DNA of 63,212 bases, counting the filler, from Chiloscyllium plagiosum (taxonomy: Eukaryota): the NCBI RefSeq assembly GCF_004010195.1. It is 5 parts of one record of this genome, joined end to end, with 100 filler letters (N's around TTAATTAATTAA, not from the genome) between each part and the next. Parts side by side here need not be neighbours in the genome. Positions count along the whole stretch, not along the records: positions 1 to 29,408 come from NC_057713.1; positions 29,509 to 40,298 come from NC_057713.1; 3 more parts are not named here. The stretch is one strand, 5' to 3'. The notes below the pieces were generated by a model, which worked only from the letters and a program-made list of their open reading frames with translations, searched no databases and was not told where the DNA came from. Below are positions 22,733-35,445 of the stretch, in pieces (position 1 is the first letter of the stretch; every line of letters starts with the position of its first letter). Both the position numbers and the translations under genes were made by a program.

Positions 22733-24708
22733 CAGAATCTTACATGGGTCCAAGCGACATGGGCTATGGTGAGGTGTGTATGGCAGAATTGAGTGACAAA
22801 TCCGGCAATGTCTATCTCGGTGATGAGACTTCATTTATTTATGCTTTTCAGAAGTGGCATAGTGAGATTTTCGGTAGGCAACAACAAGATCCCAATTGAT
22901 GAGGATTACCGTGGGCTAAATGCCACAACCCACCAAATTAATATTCAAAATCCCATGTTACTAAATGTGCCAAACAAGCACAACATTGGAAAAATGTGAC
23001 AAAGAAACCAAGGCAAGCGCCTTGCAGATTCAGCTAACCATTTGCTCCAAATGACCTCCATGTTGGACACTGGACATCAACATCTCAGGGTGCATACCAT
23101 GGGCACCAGCCACAGATATACCTATGTCCACAGGAGATTGGCATTTGATATGTGCCAGCCTCTATGAACCCTCAAGGCACTTCTCTGATACACTTACAGG
23201 ATGGTTCTGCACTTCAGTGTAGCACCTCTGGCTACACTGGCATTGATCTTGTAATTCTGCAGTAAGGACATTGTGCTGGGGACATGCACCCAACACATGG
23301 ACTGCACCAGGCTGCATGTTCACTTCCTGTCATAGTGATCACTCACTCTGAGCCCATCTGGATGCTCACAGCATCCTTGCCTTGCCCTTTTGCACTTTGC
23401 CCCCTTAGCCAGCGATACCACTATCTTGCCACGCTATTTAGTGCATAAACCTGGCATAAAGCCTGAACCCTTGCCATTCTTGTCAGCAGCCTTCTGTCAA
23501 ATCAAGAGAAATAGCTTTCACTCAGGGGCTCCTGACGCAGTAAGTCAAGGACTGCCTTGGATACCAGTGCAATAACTCTGAGTGATCAGAGTCAGAATCC
23601 TCTCCTCGTAAGGGAGGAGGAGCCAAATGATGAGCAAAACACAACCTATCTTGACTCTGCCCTATTGTTGGCTTTTTACTTCAAGGAATAAGGGACAGGG
23701 TGATATTTCAGAAAATGAAAGTGGGTGACACAGCTATTAGTTTTGATGCAAGTGGAAAGGTACAGTCAGTTCTTCGATAACGTGATGGGTGTGTTCTTTT
23801 GCAATGCCACGTTATAAAAAAATTGCACTTTAGAAACTGCGCTTAAAGTGTTGGCACTGTAATCGCGTTACAACCAACACACGTTTTAAAAATTCGCGCC
23901 GTAGAAAAACGTCCCCAATTCATCAATCACATTACAGTGAATTTACATTGATGTGAAATGCATTATGACAGAATGACCTGTATCCTGAGCAAGTGAGGAA
24001 AACATGCAGGGTTCATGGTGTCAGGCATTAGGGGTAGGTGACAACAAGTGAGGGAGCATGTTGCAGATAATAGTGAACATGTTACAACGTGAGCCTTGGT
24101 GGGAGATGGAGGCAATTATAGAAGTACAGTGAATGTAAGGTGTGGGAGAGAAGACTTATGCTGGAATAATGGAGAAGGTTATTGGCCTTCCTGCTACATT
24201 GCTGTGCATTTCTCTGGATGGCTGAGACTGCAATAACCTGGTGGCAACCTCAGACCAGTTTGGCGTGGTCTGGTCTTTTGTTCTCTGCTGCAGGCCTGGA
24301 TGATAGCAAGTCCCATCTGGACATCACCCCATCTAGCAGGAGCTCCCCTGGACACTGCCATATGGCACCTTTGCCCCAGACGTGGCAGACAGGCGGCAAA
24401 TGTCAAGAATCGTGCAGGTCAGCTTTGAACTGATTGCTTAACCAGGTGCACAGTAGGTTTTAAAGATGGCACAGGTGCAAGTGATGCTTGTGAATTCTGG
24501 GAAACTCATCATGTGATGACTGTACTGGGAATGATGGACGGTGAGCTGGAGCAGAAGTTGGACATGAAGGACAGCATATTACTAGAGTAGCTCATTAATG
24601 AGGCAAATTTAGTAAGATATGGCAAGAAAACACACTAAGCCCCGCATCAAGAAACCCTCAAAATAGCTCAACACAACTTAGACTTCACCAAAGAAATTTA
24701 AGATTCCG
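22733..24708 (-). mobile_element. Degenerate PIF/Harbinger-like DNA transposon
   Basis: Imperfect terminal inverted repeat CAGAATCTTA ... TAAGATTCCG. Minus-strand 24170-24345 reads, with frameshifts, as a Myb/SANT-like peptide (ELLLDGV..NWSEVATR..AVSAIQRNAQQCSRKANNLL). Confidence 0.6.
23763..23980. mobile_element. Tc1/mariner (Tigger-like) MITE
   Basis: TA target duplication on both sides, with imperfect TIRs beginning CAG and ending CTG. Confidence 0.7.
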
Positions 24709-26542
24709 TTCTTTATCTTTGTAGAATGTAATTTTATCTTTTGATCACTCTTCTTTGCTGAACTAGACATAACTTACTATATTTACTTATCAGATCCTAT
24801 GCCTCCTTTATTTTTCTGCTCCTTACTTTATCACACAACCTCCTTCCACTGTCCTTACACCCACACTCTCATGAGCAACTCTTCTGTTTGCTCAACAATC
24901 ACCTTATTGTTCTGATCAATGCCTTTACCTAGCTAGCTGTACCATGACTATCTCTCAGCACAAACAGCTATAGTCTAAAGTGCAAAGGTTATGCAACCAG
25001 AATGATTATCATTAATGGCAATTTATTCAAACCTGAAGTTTTGAAAGTAAAATGAGGTGTACCTCATTAATGCAACCAGCACATGATAGGAATAAATACT
25101 CTGCTTACTCTGCCACAAAAATACATTAGCTAGAATATCCGTGCTGTGACTATCGCATTAGGATTTTGAAATGTTGTATTGCTACCATATAAATGCTGCA
25201 ACTTTCAGTTTGGATCATTGCTTCTCTTTATTGCATGTGGTTTGTTTATCATGTATTAATTAAAGACACAATAAAACAAGGACTAGAGTTTAAGAGGTTC
25301 CTTGTAGTTGATAACAACAAATGTTATTATTTTGTGAAGTGTGTTCGGTTGCTTACTTTCTCAATATAATTATTCCTGAGTGAATGAAACATAGCTGCCT
25401 CTCAGTCTTTGAAACTGGCAACACATCAAAATATGTTTTTAACTAATACTATATTCCACAGTTTGCACTGACATGAGGTTTAATAGCAGAGAACAAGGAG
25501 TTAAGATAGTTCAGAAAACAAGGGGGAAATGAATTATTTTATGTACAGCTAGTTGTTGTAATCTAAAATGCGCTGGTTGAAGGCTGGTTGAAGAAGATGC
25601 AATAGTAAATTTCAAGACCTGGAATAGGCATTATTTTACATATGGCCTTCTACTCCATTGCATGATTCTACAGGGTGAATTTTGGATTTGCTGGGCTGAT
25701 GCTAGAGACCTTTAAAAATGGCAAGTGGTTCTAGGATGCAGAAATCCCACCTCAAATTCTGACAAAACAACTTTTGCTGAAGGTGATGGAATATGAATCA
25801 CATTGGTTGGAAACCCAAACTTAAGCTCCATTTGAAAACAGTGCCAAAATGAAGTTGAACAGACTATTTTCGCAATTCCATAGGCCTTAATCCACAGTGG
25901 GGGAAGTATATATCAATGTAGTAGATCCAACTCCTTGAAAGGTGGATCAGGTCTATTTAAGCAACTCATAATCTGAAGTTATTTAAATCCCCAGTCTTTC
26001 AAACTACTGGTCTCAGAATTGGGGAAAGCCTGTGTCCTCTCCCCACCAGCCGGATTGCTTTGACTAAAAAGGCATCTGGTGTAGCTATTCAGCTATTATT
26101 TCTGTAATTTTGATTTAGTTCATTATTGACATTTTCTGTAGTGTGGTATTACAGCTGAATGCTTGTCTCAGTTTAAAATTATCGTAGAAATGATTTAAGT
26201 GGGAAGATGAAAGTGCTACTCTGCCTGAACTGAGATGCAGTGCTCAGCAAAGCACACCCCTTAGATCGTCACCATCTTGCATCCCCTGCTGTCTCAGTTT
26301 CAAAAGTTGCAGAGACACTTAGCTAAAGGCTGAGTTCACATTTGATTGACCGCTTACAGAAGCTACTAAAAGATTTGTTGGGTTGTTGAGTAAAAGTTTG
26401 TTTTTATGACAGAATAACCACCTAGTGGAAATGAAACTCTCTCAAGGTGTTTCATGATTGCTTTATCAAGTGTACATCAGATTTATTGAAAGTTTATTTT
26501 TCCCCAACTGCATTCAGCTCCTGATTCTGCCTATTGGAATGT

Positions 26543-26670
26543 TTCCTGAAGAAGGGCTCATGCCCGAAACGTCGATTCTTCTGCTCCTTGGATGCTGCCT
26601 GACCTGCTGAGCTTTTTCAGCAACACATTTTCAGCTCTGATCTCCAGCATCTGCAGTCCTCACTTTCTCC
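26543..26670 (+). mobile_element. Short Penelope-derived element with intact minimal hammerhead core
   Basis: CTGAAGA-AGGGC-tcat-GCCC-GAAACGTC at 26546-26573. Confidence 0.8.
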
Positions 26671-27082
26671 TAAACCTCTATAAGGTCAACCCTCAACATA
26701 CAAAGAAACTAGGAGCAAGAGTACACCATTTGGCCCTTTTAAGCCAGCTCCACCATTCCATTTAATCATGACCGATCCTCTATTTCAATGCCAAATTGCA
26801 GCTTACTCCCTTCAACCCTTGGTGCCTTTAAAATGTAAAGTATTATCAATCTTTTTCTTGAACTTCCAGTCTTCTGTGGTTCGCTACCCTTTGAGTGAAG
26901 AACATTTTACCCATTTCAATCCTAAATGGTCTGTCCCAAATCCCAAAACTGTCTCCCTGTCTCTAGACTCCCCAACCAGAGAAAATATTCTCCCTGCATC
27001 TAGTCTATCCAGCCTATTAGAATTTTTCACGTTTCAATCAGATCCTCTCTCATCCTTCTAAACTCCAGCTAATACAGCTAGA

Positions 27083-27505
27083 GTTTCAGAGAACATCTCT
27101 GGGACACCCGCACCAACCAACCCTACCGCCCTGTGACTGACCACTTTAACTCCCCCTCTCATTCCGCCAAGGACATGCAGGTCCTGGGTCTCCTCCATTG
27201 CCAAACCCTAACCACCCGACATCTGGAGGAAGAACGCATCATCTTCCACCTTGGGATCCTCCAACCACACAGGCTCAATGTGGCTTTCACTAGTTACCCC
27301 ATTTCTCCTCCCCCCCCATCTTATCCCAGTCCCCACCTTCCAATTTGGCACCACCCTCATTGAATGATCCTACCTGTCCATCTTCCTTCCCACCTATCTG
27401 CTCCAATCTCCTCTCCGACCTATCACTTTCACCCCCACCTTCCGATTCTCCTGCCCCTCAGATACTGCCTAACCGGTGCTTTTCCAGCACCACACTCTTC
27501 GACTC
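27083..27505 (+). mobile_element. Penelope GIY-YIG endonuclease fragment nested in an old minus-strand CR1 (about 26690-28050)
   Basis: FREHLWDTR..PVTDHFNSPSHS..LEEERIIFHLGILQPHRLN. A similar fragment lies at about 39835-40030. Confidence 0.78.
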
Positions 27506-28721
27506 TAACTAATACACGCCCAGTTGAACATATCTCTCCTCATAGGACAGTCCTTCCATCGCTGGTATCAGCCCAGTGAATCTTGGCTGCACTCTCTTTA
27601 TAACAAGAATACCCTTTCTTAGTTAGGGAGAATAAACAGTACCTGATACTCCAGTTGTGATCTCACCAAAGCTGTGTGTAGCTGCAGTAAGACATCCCTA
27701 ATTCTGAACTTAAATTCTCTGGCAATGATGGCCAGCACACAACCTGCTTTCTTAATTGTTTGCTGCCCCTGTCTAGTTTCATTGACTGGTGTTCAAGGAC
27801 ACCCAGATCCCTTTGTATATCACTATTTCCCAATACATCTCAATTTAAGTAACACTCTTCCTTTCTGTATAACTTCACATTTATCCAGGTTGTACTGCAT
27901 CTGCCATGCAATGGCCTACTCACTCAACTTATTGAAATCGCCTTTGAAGTCTCCTTGCATCCTCCTCACGATTCACAATCCTGCTCAGTTTTGTCATCAG
28001 CAAACTTGATTCCCTCATCCAGGCCATTTATATACATTGTGAATAGCGGGGCTCGAGCACTATTTTTTAAACATGGATGTTGCTCTTTCTCCCTAATACT
28101 TTTTCATCCAAACTAACATGGTGAGCAAAGTAGGACCACTTACTACCGCTTTGTAATTTCATATGAAGATATAGTTCTACAAGACACAAGAGTTGCAAAG
28201 AAACTTCAAGCTCCACTGCTCGAATCACATTGGCAAACATCCTCCTTATGGATGAGCCCAGTAACAGCACTTTTAAAAGAGAATTTTGAAAGCATATCCT
28301 GGATGTTGATTGGATGATAACAAGTCAATCCTGTAGTAGAGTCAGCATGTTGACATGGTAAACTTTCTCTCCATTATCTTTTATTATGGAGTTTTCACGG
28401 CAGGTGCACAATGAGCAGTCAGTGGCTGAATTAATTTAAAACTTTGAATATGCTTTCCTTAAACATGCATGGTATTCAGATTATGGGACATCATTCCAAT
28501 CCTTTGTTGTTCTTGGGAGAAAGGAATTAGCAAATAAATCACTTATGGGTGTGTACATTGGAGCATTGGTTGTGAACATTGAGCTCAGTTTATGATTTGA
28601 CATACTGCTTACAACTAATGAATTGTCCATTCAGATTTTTGTACATACATCAACCTGTGGTCTACCTTTTATTCAGGACTCTGTCTCACAATGTGACCAC
28701 ACAGATGTCGTAGAAGGCATG

Positions 28722-29408
28722 TCATAGAGTCACAGAATAATAGAGATGTACAGCATGGAAACAGTCACCTCAGTCCAACTTGACCATGCCGACCAGGTAT
28801 CCTAATCTAATCCAGTCCTATTTGCCAGCACTTGGCCCCATATACCTCCAAACCCTTCTTATTCATATATCCATCCAGATGCCTTTTAAATGTTGTAATT
28901 ATACCAGCCTCCACCACCTCCTCTGCCAACTCATTTCATACACGCACCACCCTTTGCTGAAAAAGTTGCCACTTAGGTTCCTTTTAAATTTTTCCCCTCT
29001 CACCCTAAACTATGCCCTCTAATTCTGGACTTTCCCAACACAGGGAAAAGACTTTATCTATTTATCCTATCCATGCCCCTTATAATTTTATAAACCTGTA
29101 TAAGGTCATCCCTCCGTCTCTGATGCTCTAGGTAAAGCAGCCCTAGCCTATTCAGCCTCTCCCAATAGCTCAAACACTCCAACCCTGACAAGATCCTTAT
29201 AAATATTTTTTTAACCTTTTCTGATAGGAGGCAGACCAGAATTGGACACAATTTTCCAAAAATGGCCTAACCAATGTCCTGTATAACCGCAACATGACCT
29301 CCCAACTCAATGCTCTGACCAATTAAGGAAAGCATACCAAACACCTTCTTAACTATCCTATCTACCTGCAACTCCACTTTCAAGGAGCTATGAACCTGCA
29401 CTCCAAGT
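28722..29408 (-). mobile_element. CR1 LINE 3' fragment
   Basis: Same family as 17927-18640. Ends at a gap. Confidence 0.88.
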
Positions 29409-30406
29409 NNNNNNNNNNNNNNNNNNNNNNNNNNNNNNNNNNNNNNNNNNNNTTAATTAATTAANNNNNNNNNNNNNNNNNNNNNNNNNNNNNNNNNNNN
29501 NNNNNNNNCAGACCCATTCCCCTACCCTATATTGACCCCTGACTAAGGCATCTAAAATTATGGGCAATTTAGCATGATCACCACATTTTTGGATTGTGGA
29601 AGGAAACCCAGGCAGACCTGGGAAAAATGTACAAACTCCATATAGACAGTTACCTGAGGCGGGAATCAAACTCAGGTCCCTGGCACTGTGAGGCAGCGGT
29701 GCTAAACACCGAGCCGCTGTGCCACCCGCTATGAAATTGTTTCATTTTTGATCGCTGTACCAAACTCCATTCCCTAACTGCTGACACCATCTCGCTCTCC
29801 TTGGAATCTTTGAGATTAACTTGGAGAGTTTGCAAATTTAGAGTGTGTTTGCCCTGTGATTACAGAGGAAAAGGCTAAGATTGAATATGGGAACAATAAA
29901 CTACATCATGAGTGATTTAAAAAATCACATGTTGATGAGCAGACTCTGGAGAGAGATGCAACAATTTAGATCTTACCCTAACTCTATGCAGCTGAGAGAA
30001 TGTAAATAACCTGTTATCTTAAATGGGTTTGGATCCCAAAAAACTCTTCTTTTATAACAGTGGATGTAAAGTCTATACAGTTGAGCAATATTAGTTTAAG
30101 AGATCATTTTATGACTGTGGAGTAAAGATCACAAAAAGAGATGCAAGAGTGCTGAGTCTAAGTCTATATACTATATAGCACATAAATACATTCTTCCCAT
30201 TCAAAGACCTTAAACTCCAGCAGCCTCACTTTAATAAGATAATTGACCCAATCTCATCTAAGATTCCCACCACGACAATTGAGAGATTGAGTTTCCAATT
30301 CCTATTTGTACTATGGCTCAATAGGAATGGATTCCAACAATCTATGAATTTCCATGGATTGACAGAAAATCATTTTATTCAACCCTTTCCACTCCTTCTT
30401 ACTTAC

Positions 30407-30599
30407 CTTTGATCACAAATAGCTCAATCTGTTTCAGGATCTTCTTAATGGGCTCTGTTTGAGTCCAGGTAAACAATCCACCAAGTTCAAAGCTAGGATT
30501 TCTGATTAACAGATTGAGGGTACCGTAGTGCTCATGCATTCTCTGAGAAATGTCTGGTGTATCACTGTAATCTTCATTCCATTTTACAGCCCACTGCAG
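30407..30599 (-). pseudogene. Truncated Ig-superfamily-like exon
   Basis: Stop-free 64 codons LQWAVKWNEDYSDTPDISQRMHEHYGTLNLLIRNPSFELGGLFTWTQTEPIKKILKQIELFVIK, ending in a perfect phase-1 donor AAG|GTAAGT. The 5' part is replaced by CR1. Confidence 0.6.
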
Positions 30600-31748
30600 T
30601 GGATGTAGTGTACATGGATTTTAGTAAGGCATTTGATAAGGTTCTCCATGGTAGGCTTATGCGGAGGTCAGGAGGCATGGGATAGAGGGAGATTTGGCCA
30701 ATTGGATAGAAAACTGGCTAACCGGTCGAAGGCAGAGAGTGGTGGTAGATGGTAAATATTCAGCCTGGAGCCCAGTTACAAGTGGAGTTCCGCAGGGATC
30801 AGTTCTGGGTCCTCTGCTGTTTGTAATTTTTATTAATGACTTAGATGAGGGAGTCGAAGGGTGGGTCAGTAAATTTGCAGATGATACGAAGATAGGTGGA
30901 GTTGTGGACAGTGAGGAGGGCTGTTGTCGGCTGCAGAGGGACTTAGATATGATGCAGAGCTGGGCTGAGGAGTGGCAGATGGAGTTCAACCCTGCCAAGT
31001 GTGAGGTTGTCCATTTTGGAAGTACAAATAAGAATGCGGAATACAGGGTTAATGGTAGGGTTCTTAGTCAGGTGGAGGAACAGAGGGATCTTGGGGTCTA
31101 TGTACATAGATCTTTGAAGGTTGCCACTCAGGTGGATAGAGTTTGTAAGAAGGCCTATGGAGTATTATCGTTCATTAGCAGAGGGATTGAATTCAAGAGT
31201 CGTGAAGTGATGTTGCAGCTGTACAGGACTTTGGTTAGGCCACATTTGGAGTATTGTGTGCAGTTCTGGTCGCTTCACTTTAGGAAAGATGTGGAAGCTT
31301 TGGAGGGGGTGCAGAGGAGATTTACCAGGATGTTGCCTGGAATGGAGAATAGGTCGTACGAGGATAGGTTGAGAGTGCTAGACTTTTTCTCGTTGGAACG
31401 GCGAAGGATGAGGGGTGACTTGATAGAGGTTTATAAGATGATCAGAGGAATAGGTAGAGTAGACAGTCAGAAACTTTTTCCCCGGGCACAACCGAGTGTT
31501 ACAAGGGGACATAAATTTACGGTGAAGGGTGGAAGGTATAGGGGAGATGTCAGGGGTGGGTTCTTTACCCAGAGAGTGGTGGGGGCATGGAATGCGCTGC
31601 CTGTGGGAGTGGCAGAGTCAGAATCTTTGGTGACCTTTAAGCGGCAATTGGATAGGTACATGGATAGGTGCTTAAGCTAGGACAAATGTTCGGCACAACA
31701 TCGTGGACCGAAGGGCCTGTTCTGTGCTGTATTGTTCTATGTTCTATC
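30596..31748 (+). mobile_element. Young 5'-truncated CR1 LINE (RT C-terminal half open, 328 aa)
   Basis: SGVPQGSVLGPLLFVIFINDL, KFADD, LVRPHLEYCVQFW and a (TTCTA)-type tail. Confidence 0.95.
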
Positions 31749-32419
31749 TATGGATCGTGTTGCCAGAGGTGGTGGTACAAGTAGGCATAATAGTAGTATT
31801 CAAGAAGCACCTGGACAAATACATGATTAGGAAGGGAGCAGAGGGATATGGATACTGTAAGTGAAGACAGTTATAGTATGGAGGGGCAAATTATTGTCAG
31901 CACAAGCGTGGAGGGCTGAAGGGCCTGTTCCTGTGCTGTATTGTTCTTTGTTCTTTATCCTCGCTGATTTACATCTGAACTCCATAGTTGGGTGTTTTGT
32001 TCTGAAAGCCTTAACAACTTTAGTGAATGGAAATCTATCAGTCTCAGTTTTAAAATTTCCTACTGAAGTAGCCTCAGCAGTATGTTGGCACAGAGAATTC
32101 CAGATATCCATTCCCTCTGCATGAGGAACTGCTTTCTGATATCACATCTAAACTGCCTAGTTCAATTTTTGAGGTAATACTTGCTTGTTTTTACTGTTGC
32201 ACAAGAAAAAATAATTTCTCTTCATCTAGTCTTTCAAATCCTTTTGTTAGACTGCCATTAATGCTCAGTACTCAAAAATACAACACTAAGTTAGCTGTTG
32301 CACATATCTCTTGATCTGAATTTGCATTGAATTAAGGCGGTCTCTGCTCTGAGTACCTATTCATATGAATTTGTACTGAGTCTTCACAGTATGTTAGATT
32401 CTGGCAGGTCATACGCTAC

Positions 32420-32496
32420 CTACACAAGGTATCAATCTCTCTGATAATGTGGAGGACGAGTATATGTAATATTGTGTCTTTAGAAGGCTTATCCAT
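32420..32496 (-). pseudogene. Possible leader (signal-peptide) exon of the Ig-like remnant
   Basis: aagATGG start, MDKPSKDTILHILVLHIIREIDTLC with a hydrophobic core, and an AG|GTAGCG donor. It ends in phase 2 rather than the expected phase 1. Confidence 0.3.
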
Positions 32497-33689
32497 CTTC
32501 AAGTGGTATTTCTCAGAAGACTCTTGCTTCTGAGAAGGATGTGTAGGCAAGAGTATAGGAATACAGTTACCACCATATTGAAAAGTTATCTGAATATGCA
32601 TTTATTTGAGGTAAGCAAAAGAGTACAGAGGTTTTGTTTTCACCACAATGGCAGAAAACCAGAGCTGGCTTTCTGACCAAAGGGACAGTGAAGGAACATT
32701 GATAAAACTGAGTTAGGATGGCATGTGACTGGGATGGAAACTTGCCATGCATCTGCTACCCTAGTCCTGTTGGGGGTTATGGTTTTGGAAGAAGCATCAG
32801 AGCTGCTTTGCTGAGTAGATACTACACATTATTGCCATGTGCACTGGTGGTGAAGGAAGTGATTGGCAAGGTGGGATGTAATGCCAATCAAATGGGCTAC
32901 GTTGTCCTTGGTTACCTCAAGCTTCTTAAGTATTATGGGAGGTGCACAAACCCAGAAAAATGGAGAGTATCATCTCTTTTAAGCTTACCCCTCTGTCCAC
33001 TGAAACTCAACCCACATCACCCATGCTATCTTACTGAGGTCTGCCAAGAAGACCTATCCAAAGCTTTTGGATTTACTTCAAGTTAGGGATCCATGACATC
33101 TTTGCCAGAAAGTCTCAGACAAGCTTGTTGTCTCAGTAGTGGCCACTTTTCGATTTTAGCATTGCGGGAAGTACAATGCTGCTGGCCAATCAGATTGGTT
33201 GGCAACTCTTGGGTGGTCAGCTGGGGCTGCGAATGGGAGGGAGTTGCTCCTAGATGGGGCAAAATCTTACTCTGACCAAAGTAAGGCTGCTCTTAGCTGC
33301 AGATCAGTGTGGTGCTGTCACATTTTGGTTGTCGGGGCAAATAATTTGTTCCCCCCTCATAAAAACAACCTCTGCAAACATGATTATGTTTATTTTTATG
33401 AATCAGGGATTCATTATTTGAATCATACAAAATTTCTACCAAAAAGATCACCAAAGACTATTTTTTGATCTTAGTTTGTAAATGATCAACAATGTAGTTA
33501 TAGAAAAGCATACAAAATGAAATGTCACTATATAACTGGCTTGTCAGTTGCTCTAAATCTAATAATTGATCAGATTTTGTTCTCAAAATAATTGTGAGAC
33601 TAATGATGCAAGCTGTTTTTAATGTGCAATGGTACACTGACTTAATGCAGGACAGATTTGAGTTAAGCTCAAAATAAGTTAAGCTCCCT

Positions 33690-35445
33690 CCCAGATCATC
33701 TCAATGCCTTCTATGCTCGCTTTGAGCAGAATTTCGGCAGAGAGGTAACATCTATTCCGACAAGTCCTGATGAACCTATCCCACCAATCACTGCATCAGA
33801 TGTCATATCAGTTTTCCTTTGTGTGAATCCAAGGAAAGCGATGGGACCAGACGGAGGACCAGACCATGCAGTCAGAGCATGCTCAGATCAACTGGCAGAG
33901 GTCTTCTCGGACATCTTCAACCTGTCCCTGCAGCAGGCCACTGTCCCTGCCTGTTTCAAGAGGGCCAACATCATCCCTGTGCCTCAGAAGGCTCATGCAG
34001 CATGTCTCAATGACTACTGCCCAGTGGCCCTAACTTCGGTGGTAATGAAATGCTTTGAAAGGTTGGTCATGGCATTAATAAACTCCAGCATCCCCAATAC
34101 TCTTGACACACTCCAATTTGCCTAACAGACCAACAGATCAACGTCAGATGCCATATCATTTGCCCATCACTCCTCCCTAGAACATCTTGACACCAACAAC
34201 AGCTACGTAAGAATCTACTCATTGACTACAGTTCAGCTTTCAACACTTATCCCCTCAAGACTGGTTACTAAGCTTAATGATCTCGGACTAAGCCGCACTC
34301 TCTGCAACTGAATCCTCAGTTTCCTGACCCACAGGCCACAATCAGTGAAGATTGGGGACAATATTTCATCCTCACTGACACTTAACACTGGTGCCTCCCA
34401 GGGGTGCGTACTCAACCCCCTACTGTACTCACTGTATACCCATGACTGCGTTGCCAAATACTAGACTAATGCCATTTACAAGTTCGCTGATGACACCACC
34501 ATAGTCGGTCGAATCTCAGATAGCGACGAAACAGATTACAGGCGGGAGGTGAATGACGTGGAAAAATGGTGCACTGAGAACAACCGAGCTCTCAATGCTG
34601 GCAAAACTAAGGAACTGACCACCTGACTACATCACAACCACCTGATGAAGGAGCAGCGCTCCGAAAGCTAGTGCTTCCAATTAAGCCTGTTGGGCTATGA
34701 CCTGGCGTTGTGTGATTTTTAACAAGGAACTCATTATTGATTTTCAGCTGGATGTTAGTTACGCCCTCCTACACATTAACAGCACAGAGCTGGAACGAGT
34801 GGAGAGCGTCAAGCTCCTAGGAGTGGTCATCCACAACAAGCTTTCTTGGACTCTTCTTGTGGATGTACTGGTTCCAAAGGCCCAACAATGTCTCTTCTTC
34901 CTCAGGCAGCTGAGGAAATTTGGCATGACAGCGAATACCTTTGCCAACCTTTATAGGTGCACCATCGAGAGCATTCTGTCTGGATGTATCATTATCACAT
35001 ATGGCAACTGTACCATTCAAGATCGGAGACAGTTACAGAGAGTGGTGAACTCGGTCCGGACAATCACAAAGACCAACCTCCCATCTATAGAATCCACCTA
35101 CTAGGCCTGCTGTCAGGGAAAGGCTGCCAGCATTCTCAAAGATCCATCCCACCCTGGCAATGTTTTTCTACAACCTCTACCATCAGGGAGAAGTTACAGA
35201 AGCCTGAACACAGACACCAGCCTGTTTCAAAACAGTTTCTAGCTTATTGTTGTTAGAATACTGAATGGACTCACAAACTCTTAACATTTGCCTGTATCTG
35301 TGTTTTTGTTTTTGCTGCTGTTTACCTATTATTTATTATCTATGCTACTTAAAGCTGTGATCTGCCTGTACTGCTCACAAGACAAAGCTTCTCACTGTGC
35401 CTCGGTATACGTGATAATAAATTTAATTCAGTTGAATTCAATTCA
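33690..35445 (+). mobile_element. Rex1/Babar-type LINE, 5'-truncated and frameshifted
   Basis: NPRKAMGPDG..ACSDQLAEVFSDIFNLSL, CLNDYCPVALTSVVMKCFERLV, KFADD, YRCTIESILSGCI and an AATTC-type tail. Confidence 0.88.
34617..34723 (+). mobile_element. Penelope-derived insertion in Rex1 with intact hammerhead core
   Basis: CTGATGA-AGGAGC-agc-GCTCC-GAAAGCTA at 34642-34670. AAGGAACT is duplicated at 34609 and 34724. Confidence 0.8.

Noticed and set aside
28324..28425. Possible terminal exon TDCSLCTCRENSIIKDNGEKVYHVNMLTLLQD* on the minus strand
   Set aside because: Short, weak acceptor, and no transmembrane exon found to link it to the Ig-like remnant.
29409..29508. N44-TTAATTAATTAA-N44 blocks (also 40299-40398, 49266-49365 and 59331-59430)
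   Set aside because: Identical 100-nt artificial scaffold linkers with stops in all frames; not biological.
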